From Pristiophorus japonicus (taxonomy: Eukaryota): a DNA stretch of 64,000 bases. Shown here in pieces: positions 13,145 through 24,262 of the stretch. The stretch's first letter is position 1, and each line of letters opens with the position of its first letter. A model generated the notes under the pieces. It was not told the origin of the DNA. It did no database searches and saw nothing but the letters and a program-made list of their open reading frames with translations. Location: the NCBI RefSeq assembly GCF_044704955.1, contig NW_027252668.1:2728001-2792000 (forward strand). Reading direction: 5' to 3'. The translations under genes and the position numbers were made by a program.

Positions 13145-14113
13145 TTCCACAATCCACACGTTCAGAGAAAGAATGAGAAACTCCTCCCACATCTGCCTTT
13201 CTTATACCTTCTGGAGGAATGCAGGGAGCGAATTTGTGATTGGTCGTTCGGTGGTGAATTTCATTGGTCTTTTCAGGTGACCAATCACAATCTGTTTATC
13301 CCACCAATGGAAGTAGGGCGGAAATTACTGTCTCCAACAGTCAGAATAACGATTTTAATTCAAAAACCCCGCCAAGAAATTTTAAAACAGCGGATTATGT
13401 TAATATAAATTCACCATTAGTCAAAGATTTCCCAACACGTTTTAATTAATTTTGTCTTTTACATATTCCCCTTGCAAGTTCCAGGCTGTTACAATCAGGA
13501 TTAAATTCGGGTACTATTTCAAACTGTCTAATGGGCGGAAATCAATCCCCACCGATTCTGTAACGGGACTTAATCTTTGTAAAAGTTGTGTTTCACAGAT
13601 TATCGATCGAGCCCCTGCAAAGGCGGGAGTGAACCCAGAACTGGGAGTCCTTCTGTGAAAAGAGAAGAGGGACAGAGTATTCAAACTGCCCCGGTTCTGA
13701 TCTCTGTAAGAACTCCCATTCTGGGTTGTTACACTGCGGGGAGTGTCGGCTGAATAAATGGACTGACCCGCAACAGGAATTGAAAAATAAACTTGAAAAG
13801 GGCTTACGAGAGAGAATGTGTGACTGAAATCTGAGTCTCTGCCCCAAAACAAGCTCTTAATTTGGCAGGCGGTGAAAATGAACGGGTCTGAGAGCATAGG
13901 GAATCAGCGACCAAGGACCGTATTTGTCGTTGGCGGAAAATTCCCGCGACGCTAAGGTGGAACCGGACAGTGAAACTGATATCTGAGAATTCAAAACTAA
14001 ATCTACAGTTGGAAATGTAAAAGTTCTCAAATATACTTGTTCAGGAAATAATTACAGTAAACAGAGTGTAAAGGGAGATGCGTTTGTGCAGCTCTTTCAG
14101 AGAGGTTGTGGGT

Positions 14114-14212
14114 GGCTCTTAAAAGAGCCGTTGTGTTTGGGGTTTGATCTGTCAGGACAGCGGGCAGTCTCACTTGGAGCTGGTGTACTTGGTCACCGCC
14201 TTTGTCCCTTCC
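14114..14212 (-). pseudogene. H2B: Histone H2B 3' remnant ([13 protein letters not shown]) with stem-loop
   Basis: Stem-loop at 14114-14129. Homology to unit B jumps from 32822 to ~33507, a ~685-bp deletion of the CDS and promoter. Confidence 0.9.
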
Positions 14213-14357
14213 ACTCGCTGCTCTGTTTGCCGATCTCGATTTCTACATGTTCAACAGACATTGACCGGTTTATACCCGAGATTGACTGAGGGTAACTTCT
14301 GGTCAGGAAACTCCCAGTTTATCAACCGTCGGGATTTAATATTAAGTAGAAAAATAC

Positions 14358-14780
14358 TGACTTGGATTTATATAGCGCCTTTCATGACCTGCTTCACATC
14401 CAATGAAATACTTTTTGAAGTGTCGGCACTGATGTAATGTAACGTGGCAGCCATTTTGGGAACAGCAAGCTCCCACAAACAGCAACATGATAATGGTCAA
14501 ATGATCTGTTGTGTTGTGTTGATCGAGGGATAAATATTGCCCAAGACACGCGATAACTCCCCATATTGCTATGAGATCTTTTGCGTCCAGCTGAGAGAGC
14601 AGATGGTGGCTCGCTTTAACGTCTTATCCGATCGATGTCACCTCCGACAATGTAGCGCTCCCTCAACACTGCACTGGAGTTTCAGCCTAGATTTTTCTGC
14701 TCAAGACCCTGGAGTGGGACTTGAACCCACAACTTTCTGACTCAAAAGTGAGGGTGCTCCCAACTGAAGCACAGCTGATA
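14358..14780 (-). mobile_element. tRNA-headed DeuSINE (SacSINE1-like)
   Basis: Minus-strand head with B box GGTTCAAGTCC, a central Deu-like domain, and tail GAAGGCGCTATATAAATCCAAGT. Family name is from recall. Confidence 0.7.
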
Positions 14781-14843
14781 AGATTGTGATCAATAGATCA
14801 GTTTCGTCAGACAGTAACCAGCCCTTTCACAGATAGAGTGGGT

Positions 14844-14955
14844 GGCTCTGAAAAGAACCAACGTGGTATTAGATTAAATCTTGTCCACTTTACTTGTTCT
14901 TGCTGAACCCAGCCTTGGATTTCTTTGTCAGAAGCACTGCCTGGATATTGGGCAG
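14844..14955 (-). pseudogene. H2A: 3' remnant of a second H2A isoform ([21 protein letters not shown]) with stem-loop
   Basis: Manual translation of 14955-14890; stem-loop GGTTCTTTTCAGAGCC at 14844-14859. Truncated by a CR1 tail. Confidence 0.8.
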
Positions 14956-15022
14956 TTTAGCCATGATCCTATTAAATTGTGGAGCAGGCTCCAGAGTCCT
15001 TTTGGCCTTCTCCTATTTCTTA

Positions 15023-15190
15023 GTTGGTGAGGCGTGAGTCCGGGGTCGGAGGCCTATAAAAGGCCGCGAGAGGCGTCGGGAGTTCGTTGGTGAGGCGTGA
15101 GTCCGGGGTCGGAGGCCTATAAAAGGCCGCGAGAGACGTCGGGAGTTCCTTGGTGAAGCGTGAGTCCGGGGATCAGCAGAGGCCTATAGA
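15023..15190 (+). repeat. 63-bp tandem monomers in the CR1 5' UTR
   Basis: Units start at 15023, 15086 and 15149; the first two contain GGCCTATAAAAGGCC. Confidence 0.88.
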
Positions 15191-15370
15191 ATACGTACTT
15201 GTGCAGCTACAGGGAGAAGGCAAAAAAGTAGAAAGAAACAGAAAGGTGACGTCACAGCCTAGGGGGTAAGTGATTGGCTGGTGATTGGTGAGTAATTTTT
15301 CTTTTTCTTTTTTATATTAGTAACTTTTAACATTGTTGTTGCCAATTTAAGTGTATCTAAGGGTTAAGTC

Positions 15371-16312
15371 ATGGCAGGAGAGCTCGGTCGAGTGTTATGC
15401 TCCTCCTGTACCATGTGGGAACTCAGGGACACTTCCGGTGTCCCTGACGACTACGTGTGCGGGAAGTGTATCCACCTCGAGCTCCTGACGGTCCGCGTTG
15501 TGGAATTGGAGCTGAGGGTGGATTCACTCTGGAGCATCCACGATGCTGAGAATGACGTGAGTATCACGTGTAGTGAGTTGGTCTTACCGCAGGAGAAGGG
15601 TCCACAGCCAGATAGGGAATGGAAGACCAGCAGGAAGAGCAGTGCAAGGAAGGTAGTGCAGGGGTCCCCTGTGGTCATCCCCCTGCAAAACAGATACACC
15701 GCTTTGAGTACTATTGGGGGGGATGACTCAGCAGGGGAGGGCAGCAGCAGCCAAGTTCATGGCACCGTGGCTGGCTCTGCTGCACAGGCGGGCAGGAAAA
15801 AGAGTGGGAGCGCAATAGTGATAGGGGATTCAATGGTGAGGGGAATAGATAGGCGTTTCTGCGGCTGCAACCGAGACTCCAGGATGGTATGTTGCCTCCC
15901 TGGTGCAAGGGTCAAGGATGTCTCGGAGCAGGTGCAGGACATTCTGAAATGGGAGGGAGAACAGCCAGTTGTCGTGGTGCACATTGGTACCAACGACATA
16001 GGTAAAAAAAGGGATGAGGTCCGACGGAACGAATTTAAGGAGCTAAATTAAAAAGTAGGACCTCAAAAGTAGTAATCTCGGGATTGCTACCAGTGCCATG
16101 TGCTAGTCAGAGTAGGAATCGCAAGATAGCGCAGATGAATACGTGGCTTGAGCAGTGGTGCAGCAGGGAGGGATTCAAATTTCTGGGGCATTGGAACCGC
16201 TTCTGGGGGAGGTGGGACCAGTACAAACCGGACGGTCTGCACCTGGGCAGGACCGGAACCAATGTCCTAGGGGGGAGTGTTTGCTAGTGCTGTTGGGGAG
16301 GAGTTAAACTAA
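15371..16312 (+). pseudogene. CR1 ORF1: zinc finger/leucine zipper plus SGNH esterase domain (frameshifted)
   Basis: CSSC..CGKC and a heptad Leu run; SGNH blocks IVIGDS, LPGA, HIGTND and DGLHL across ORFs 15371-16051 and 16084-16287. Confidence 0.88.
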
Positions 16313-19300
16313 TATGGCAGGGGGATGGGAGCCAATGCAGGGAGACAGAGGGAGACAAAAAGGAGGTAAAAGAAAAAGACAGAAAGGAGATGAGGAAAAG
16401 TGGAGGGCAGAGGAACCCAAGGCAAAGAACAAAGGGCCACTGTACAGCAAAATTCTAAAAGGACAAAGGGTGTTAAAAAAAAAAAGCGTGAAGGCTTTGT
16501 GTCTTAATGCAAGGTGTATCCGCAATAAGGTGGATGAATTAACTGCAAATAGATGTTAACAAATATGATGTGATTGGGATTACGGAGACGTGGCTCCAGG
16601 ATGATCAGGGCTGGGAACTCAACATCCAGGGGTATTCAACATTCAGGAAGGATAGAATAAAAGGAAAAGGAGGTGGGGTAACATTGCTGGTTAAAGAGGA
16701 GATTAATGCAATAGTTAGGAAAGACATTAGCTTGGATGATGTGGAATCTATATGGGTAGAGCTGCAGAACACCAAAGGGCAAAAAACGTTAGTGGGAGTT
16801 GTGTACAGACCTCCAAACAGTAGTAGTGATGCTGGGGAGGGCATCAAACAGGAAATTAGGGGTGCATGCAATAAAGGTGCAGCAGTTATAATGGGTGACT
16901 TTAATATGCACATAGATTGAGCTAGCCAAAGTGGAAGCAATACAGTGGAGGAGGATTTCCTGGAGTGCATAAGGGATGGTTTTCTAGACCAATATGTCGA
17001 GGAACCAACTAGGGGGGAGGCCATCTTAGACTGGGTGTTGTGTAATGAGAGAGGATTAATTAGCAATCTCATTGTGCGAGGCCCCTTGGGGAAGAGTGAC
17101 CCTAATATGGTGGAATTCTGCATTAGGATGGAGAATGAAACGGTTAATTCAGAGACCATGGTCCAGAACTTAAAGAAGGGTAACTTTGAAGGTATGAGGC
17201 GTGAATTGGCTAGGATAGATTGGCGAATGATACTGAAGGGGTTGACTGTGGATGGGCAATGGCAGACATTTAGAGACCGCAAGGATGAATTACAACAATT
17301 GTACATTCCTGTCTGGCGTAAAAATAAAAAAGGGAAGGTGGCTCAACCGTGGCTATCTAGGGAAATCAGGGATAGTATTAAAGCCAAGGAAGTGGCATAC
17401 AAATTGGCCAGAAATAGCAGCGAACCCGGGGACTGGGAGAAATTTAGAACTCAGCAGAGGAGGACAAAGGGTTTGATTAGGGCAGGGAAAATGGAGTACG
17501 AGAAGAAGCTTGCAGGGAACATTAAGGCGGATTGCAAAAGTTTCTATAGGTATGTAAAGAGAAAAAGGTTAGTAAAGACAAACGTAGGTCCCCTGCAGTC
17601 AGAATCAGGGGAAGTCATAACGGGGAACAAAGAAATGGCAGACCAATTGAACAATTACTTTGGTTCAGTATTCACTAAGGAGGACACAAACAACCTTCCG
17701 GATATAAAAGGGGTCAGAGGGTCTAGTAAGGAGGAGGAACTGAGGGAAATCTTTATTAGTCGGGAAATTGTGTTGGGGAAATTGATGGGATTGAAGGCCG
17801 ATAAATCCCCAGGGCCTGATGGACTGCATCGCAGAGTACTTAAGAAGGTGGCCTTGGAAATAGCGGATGCATTGACAGTCATTTTCCAACATTCCATTGA
17901 CTCTGGATCAGTTCCTATGGAGTGGAGGATAGCCAATGTAACCACACTTTTTAAAAAAAAGGAGGGAGAGAGAAAACAGGGAATTATAGACCGGTCAGCC
18001 TGACCTCAGTAGTGGGTAAAATGATGGAATCAATTATTAAGAATGTCATAGCAGCGCATTTGGAAAATGTTGACATGATAGGTCCAAGTCAGCATGGATG
18101 TGTGAAAGGGAAATCATGCTTGACAAATCTTCTGGAATTTTTTGAGGATGCTTCCAGTAAAGTGGACAAAGGAGAACCAGTTGATGTGGTATATTTGGAC
18201 TTTCAGAAGGCTTTCGACAAGGTCCCACACAAGAGATTAATGTGCAAAGTTAAAGCACATGGGATTGGGGGTAGTGTGCTGACGTGGATTGAGAACTGGT
18301 TGTCAGACAGGAAGCAAAGAGTAGGAGTAAATGGGGACTTTTCAGAATGGCAGGCAGTGACTAGTGGGGTACCGCAAGGTTCTGTGCTGGGGCCCCGGCT
18401 GTTTACATTGTACATTAATGATTTAGACGAGGGGATTAAATGTAGTATCTCCAAATTTGCGGATGACACTAAGTTGGGTGGCAGTGTGAGCTACGAGGAG
18501 GATGCTATGAGGCTGCAGAGTGACTTGGATAGGTTAGGTGAGTGGGCAAATGAATGGCAGATGAATTATAATGTGAGGTTATCCACTTTGGTGGTAAAAT
18601 CAGAGAGACAGACTATTATCTTAATGGTGACAGATTAGGAAAAGGGAAGGTGCAACGAGACCTGGGTATCATGGTACATCAGTCATTGAAGGTTGGCATG
18701 CAGGTACAGCAGGCGGTTAAGAAAGCAAATGGCATGTTGGCCTTCATAGCGAGGGGATTTGAGTACAGGGGCAGGGAGGTATTGCTACAGTTGTACAGGG
18801 CCTTGGAGTATTGTGTACAGTTTTGGTCTCCTAACTTGAGGAAGGACATTCTTGCTATTGAGGGAGTGCAGCGAAGGTTCACCAGACTGATTCGCAGGAT
18901 GGCGGGACTGACATATCAAGAAAGACTGGATCAACTGGGCTTGTATTCACTGGAGTTCAGAAGAATGAGAGGGGATCTCATAGAAACATTTAAAATTCTG
19001 ACGGGTTTAGACAGGTTAGATGCAGGAAGAATGTTCCCAATGTTGGGGAAGTCCAGAACCAGGGCTCGCAGTCCAAGGATAAGGGGTAATCCATTTAGGA
19101 CTGAGATGAGGAGAAACTTCTTCACCCAGAGAGTGGTGAACCTGTGGAATTCTCTACCACAGAAAGTTGTTGAGGCCAATTCACTAAATATATTCAAAAA
19201 GGAGTTAGATATAGTCCTTACTCCTCGGGGGATCAAGGGGTATGGCGAGAAAGCAGGAATGGGGTACTGAGATTGCATGTTCAGCCATGAACTCATTGAA

Positions 19301-19356
19301 TGGCGGTGCAGACTCTAAGGGCTGAATGGCCTACTCCTGCACCTATTTTCTGTGTT

Positions 19357-19622
19357 TCTGTATATCTGTCTCTGGTGTGTGAGGGTGGGATCTTCCCTGA
19401 ATATAATCGGTCTCTGGTGTGAGAGGGTGGGATTTTCCCTGTGTTTATCGGTCTCTGTTGTGAGAGGGTGGGATTTTCCCTGTGTTTATCGGTCTCTGGT
19501 GTGTGAGTTTGGGATTTTCTCTGTATATATGTCTCTGGTGTGTGAGGGTGGGATTTTCTCTGTATATACCTGTCTCTGGTATGTGAGTGTGGGTCTTCCT
19601 CTGTACCTAACAGTTTCTGCTT
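19357..19622 (+). repeat. 41-bp satellite, subfamily 4 (CTGGTGTGTGAGGGTGGGATTTTCCCTGTATATATCTGTCT)
   Basis: About 6 monomers at a 41-nt period; same variant as 63366-64000. Confidence 0.85.
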
Positions 19623-19967
19623 AATTGAGAATTGATGCCGCCTATCTCATACCGTTTAAATCAACACCTTTCTTGTCTGTCACTGCTGCTGTAACTACAT
19701 TCGTTGTTTTACTATTATCTTCACTTGGAGTATCCTTGGCACTATTTGGAACCCGAACTCTGCTCTTCACCCATTTTTTGGACATTTAACTACCATTTTT
19801 ACTATAGTTTTTCACTGAGTACTCATTTATTAGTTTGAAGTCCCTTTTAGTTTAATTTTGTTAATTTTAATTTACAAATGGGATTGGCAATTGTCTGGTT
19901 GTAAAATCCTGCTGCAAGATCCCATAATTCAGTTCTGACCTGCGACGGATATTAAAAGTACCTCGGT

Positions 19968-20039
19968 TGAGATGGCCAAGAATCGAACCTGGGTCAACTG
20001 CTTGAAAGGCAGCTATGCTCAGCAGTATACCACCATTGC
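19968..20039 (-). pseudogene. tRNA-Gly(TCC)-derived pseudogene, anticodon mutated to TTC
   Basis: 72 nt matching vertebrate tRNA-Gly-TCC (GGTGGTATA..GAGCATAGCTGC..GCAGTTGACC..GGTTCGATTC). Two acceptor-stem mismatches; T4 tract ~10 nt downstream. Confidence 0.8.
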
Positions 20040-20423
20040 CCACACAGCAGTCATTTTGTATTTGCAGACAAACTGCTTCTTACGGGTCTTCAGCGGGACA
20101 AATAAATTGCTGTGCAATCATTTTAATCAGAATGTAAGCACGGTGCTGGGACACTTTCCCTCCAATTACAAATGGTCACTGTCAATAGTAATCTTGCTTG
20201 GACTGAGCCCTCACCCCATTTATTAGTTTAAAGTCTGGACTGAGTCCTCACCCCAGTTACTTTTTCTTCAGTCCCCTCTAGATTAAACAATAGTTATCAC
20301 CAAAAATAAATGGATGATGAATGTGCTTTGTAAATGTTAGAGAAATGGCATTTGCTGGAAGGTACTCGTGTTCGGTTCTAAACTGCGACATGGTGACATA
20401 AACTGTATTAAATGGAGCCTGTT

Positions 20424-20495
20424 TGTGCTGGCCGAGAATGAAACCTGAGTCAACCCCTGGGAAGGCAGCTATGCTCAGCACTATAGCACCATCAC
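20424..20495 (-). pseudogene. tRNA-Gly pseudogene (degenerate)
   Basis: Reverse complement GTGATGGTGCTATAGTGCTGAGCATAGCTGCCTTCCCAGGGGTTGACTCAGGTTTCATTCTCGGCCAGCACA; anticodon stem and B box are damaged. Confidence 0.7.
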
Positions 20496-20728
20496 ACTAA
20501 GTTTAACATGTAAACCTCTGTATTGACAGACCACTCACCATGGGTCTTTGGAGCTTTAGTCAGGACTAACTGCAATCATTGTAATCTGAACGTAAACAAG
20601 GTGTTCAGGTTATTTGTCTCCAGCTTAAAACAGTTACTGATGAATGGTTATCTTGTTGTACTACTGGCTGGCAGCCAGAAGATGGCACCAACCTCCAATA
20701 GTTTGGCTGTTGTGGATTGTGTCCACAC

Positions 20729-20870
20729 CCAGACCGCTGTGAGTCTGGTGCTGCCCGGGGAGCTGGCCAAGCACGCCGTGTCGGAATGGGACAAAGGCGG
20801 TGACCATTGCAAATAAATTCACAACACAGGAAAAAGCATTAAAAAAGGCAACGGCTCTTTTAAGAGGAAA
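20729..20870 (+). pseudogene. H2B: Histone H2B C-terminal remnant with degenerate stem-loop
   Basis: [19 protein letters not shown], then a frameshift; CAACGGCTCTTTTAAGAGG downstream. Confidence 0.75.
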
Positions 20871-20939
20871 CCACAGTGTTAATTTAGTTGATTTATTCAT
20901 TCTGCTATCGCCCTTTTATAAAATAATGGTACAACACAG

Positions 20940-21642
20940 AGTGTGTGAGTTTCACTCTGTATCTATCTGTCTCTGATATGTGAGTGAGTTTCACTCTGCA
21001 CCAGTTCTGGTGTGTGAGTGCGTATTTTATTATGTACCAGCTGATTTCAGCGAAGTGGATATGTGGTTTACACTGTATGTATCAGTTTCTGTTTGCGAAT
21101 GTGGGACTTAATCTACCTGTCAGTTTCTGATATGCAAATCTGTGTTTTACTCTAACTGTCAGGTTGTGAAAAGTGAGAGTGGGTTTTACGCTGTAACTGT
21201 CAGTTTCTAGTTTGTGAATGTGGGTTCCACTCTGTACCTGTCAGTTTCTGATGTGTACCATTCATTTACCACTACATGAGTGTGGGTTTTCCTTTCTACC
21301 TGTCAATTTCTGCTGTGGAAGAGAGGGGTTTACGTGAGTGTGGGTTTTAGTCTTTATCCGTCAGTCCCTGCTTTGTGTGTGTGATTTTTTTTTTCAGTAT
21401 CTTCTCTTTCTGGTCTGTGAATGTGGGTTTTATTATGTACCAGTCAGTGTCTGAAATGAGAATGTGGGTTTTACTCTGTCCCTGTCTGTCTCTGGAATTA
21501 CATTTGTGGGTTTTATTCTGTAACTCTCATTTTCTGGTACGCGAGTGTGGGTATTACTCTGTATCTTTCAGGCTCTGAGATGTGAGTGTGGGTATTCCTC
21601 TGTATCTGCTAGTTTCTGGTATGAGTGGAGGTTTTACTTTAT
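20940..21642 (+). repeat. ~41-bp satellite, subfamily 1
   Basis: Monomer motifs at ~41-nt spacing. Confidence 0.8.
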
Positions 21643-22168
21643 ATGAATAGAAAACCAGAATATTGTTTAAAACCTGAGAGATTAGTAAATGTTGCAATTC
21701 AGGTGGACTTGAGTGCCATTGTACGCGAAACATTGAAAGTTAACATGTAGGTACAGCAAGCACTTAGGAAGGTGAAAGGTGTGGGTCTATACACTTGGAG
21801 ATGAGAAGAATGAGAGGTGATCTTATTGAAACATATAAGACCCTGAGGAGGATTGACAGGGTAAATGCTGAGAGGCTGCTTCCACTGGATGGACAGTCCA
21901 GAACTAGGAGTGTTAGACTCACAATAAGGGCTCAGCCATTTAGATCTTAGATGAGGAGAAATGTCTTCACTGAGAGGGTTGTGAATCTTTGGAATGCTCT
22001 ATCCCAGAGGGATGTGGATGCTCAGGTGATACGTGTATTCAAGACTGAGATTGACATTTTGTTTGATACTAAGGGAACCAAGGGATATGGGGATAGTGCG
22101 GGCAACGGGAGTTGAGGTAGAAGATCAGCCATGATCGAATTCAATGGCGGAGCAGGCTCGAGGGGCAA
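21643..22168 (+). mobile_element. Old degenerate CR1 3' fragment
   Basis: agaagaatgagaggtgatcttattgaaaca...gagggttgtgaatctttggaat; CR1 3' UTR. Confidence 0.75.
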
Positions 22169-23484
22169 ATCATAGAATCATAGAAATTTACAGCATGGAA
22201 GGAGGCCATTTTGGACCATTGCGTCCACGCCGGCCGACCAAGAGCTATCCTGCCTAATCCCATTTTCCAGCTCTTGGTCCCTAGTCCTGAAGGTTACGGC
22301 ACTTTTAAGTGCATATCCAAGTATTAAATGTAGTGAGGGTTTCTGCCTCTACCACCCTTTCGGGCAGTGTGTTCCAGACCCCCACTACCAGCTGGGTGAA
22401 GTCATTTCCCCTCGTATCCCCTCTAAACCTCCCCCCAATTACATTAAATCTATGTCCCCTGGCTGTTGACCCCTCTGCCAAGGGAAACAAGTCCTTCCTT
22501 TCCACTCTATCCAGAACCCTCATAATTTTATCCACCTCAATCAGGTCTCTCCTCAGCCTCCTCTCTCCAATTTTTCCTCATTGTCAATATTCTTCAGTCC
22601 AGGCAACATTCTTGTAAATCTCCTCTGCACCCTTTCCAGTGCCATCACACCTTACTGTAATGTGGTGACCAGAACTACACACAGTACTCCAGCTGCGGCC
22701 TAACCAGTGTTTTATACAGTTCAAGCACAACCTCCTTGGCTCTTGTATTCTATGCCTAGACTAATAAAGGCAAGTATTCCATATGCCTTCTTAACCACCT
22801 TATCTACCTGGCCTGCTACCTTCAGGGATCTGTGGAAATGTATTCCAAGTTCCCTTTGTTCCTCTACACTTTTCAGTGGTGTACCATTTAATGTGTATTC
22901 CCTTGCCTTGTTAGCCCTCCCCAAATGCATGACCTCACACTTCTCTGGATTGAATCCATTTGGCACTGTTCCACCCACCTGACCAGTACATTGATATCTT
23001 CCTGCAATCCACAGCTTTCTTCTTCATTATCAACCGCACAGCCTATTTTACTGTCAACTGTAAACTTCTTAATCATACCCACAACATTCCAGTCCAAGTC
23101 ATTGATATATACCACAAAAAGCAAGGAACCCAGCACTGAGCCCCTCGGAACCCCACTAGATACATCCTTCCAGTCACAAAAACACCTATCAACCATTACC
23201 CTTTGCTTTCTGCCTCTGAGCCAATTTTGGATCCAACTTGCCACTTTGTCCTGGATCCCATCGGCTTTTACTTTTGTGACCAGTTGGCCATGTTGGACCT
23301 TATCAAAAGCTTTGCTAAAATCCATATACACTACATCACATGCACTGCCCTCATCGATCCTCCTGGTTACCTCCTCGAAAAATTCAATCAAGTTAGTCAG
23401 ACATGACCTTCCTTTAACAAATCCATGCTGACTGTCCTTGATTAATCCCTGTCTTTCCAAATGAAGCTTTATCCTGTCCCTCAA
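22169..23484 (-). mobile_element. CR1 LINE (distinct subfamily), RT to 3' tail
   Basis: ORFs 22888-23484, 22721-22978 and 22305-22535(-) with SQHGFVKGRSCLTNL and YMDFSKAFD; tail atcatagaatcatagaa. Confidence 0.9.
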
Positions 23485-23519
23485 ATGGCCAACTCCTGCT
23501 CCAATTGCTTATGTTCTTA

Positions 23520-24262
23520 TATGAGTGCGAGTTCATTCTGCACCTATCTGTCTCTGGTATGTGAGTGGGAGTTCACACTGTATCTATCTGTCTCTGGTAT
23601 GTGAGTGTGAGTTCATTCTCTACCTATCTGTCTCTGGTATGTGAGTGTGAGTTCACACTGTATCTATCTGTCCCTGGTTTGTGAGTGTAAGTTAACTCTG
23701 TATCTATCTGTCCCTCGTATGTGAGTGAGAGTTTCACTCTGTATCAATCTGTCTCTGGTTTGTGAGTGTGAGTTCACTCTGTATCTATCTGTCTCTGGTA
23801 TGTGAGTGTGAGTTCATTCTGTACCTATCTGTCTCTGGTGTGTGAGTTCATTCTGTACCTATCTGTCTCTGGTATGTGAGTGTGAGTTCATTCTGTATCT
23901 ATCTGTCTCTGGTATTGAGTGGGAGTTCACTCTGTACCTATCTGTCTCTGGTATGTGAGTGAGAGTTCACACTGTATCTATCTGTCTCTGGTATGTGAGT
24001 GTGAGTTCATTCTGTATCTATCTGTCTCTGGTATGTAAGTGTGAGTTTCACTCTATCTATCTGTCTCTGGTATGTGAGTGTGAGTTTCACTCTGTATCTA
24101 TGTGTCTCTGGTATGTGAGTGTGAGTTCACTCTGTATCTATCTGTCTCTGGTATGTGAGTGAGAGTTCATTCTGTACCTATTTGTCTGTGGTCTGTGAGT
24201 GTGAGTTCATTCTGTATCTATCTGTCTCTGGTATGTGAGTGTGAGTTCACACTGCATCTGTC
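23520..24262 (+). repeat. Homogeneous 40-bp satellite, subfamily 2 (GTGAGTGTGAGTTCACTCTGTATCTATCTGTCTCTGGTAT)
   Basis: About 18 highly similar monomers. Confidence 0.92.

Larger units (their letters stand above)
15023..19356 (+). mobile_element. Near full-length CR1 LINE (5' UTR, ORF1, ORF2 APE+RT, 3' UTR), inactivated
   Basis: ORF1 from 15371; APE motifs (IGITETW, GGGV, VYRPP, MGDFN, LDWV, SD); RT motifs; several frameshifts and a stop at 16918. Confidence 0.95.

Noticed and set aside
14700-14780. tRNA-like A/B boxes (also 34035-34105)
   Set aside because: They are SINE heads, continuous with the SINE body and tail.
20682-20816. 44-aa chimeric micro-ORF MAPTSNSLAV...[12 protein letters not shown]
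   Set aside because: The homologous modules at 35.0 and 38.5 kb have an early stop and a different frame, so it is not conserved.
23520-24262. Regular 40-bp periodic array as a possible CRISPR
   Set aside because: Head-to-tail monomers with no unique spacers, no cas genes, and a eukaryotic context.
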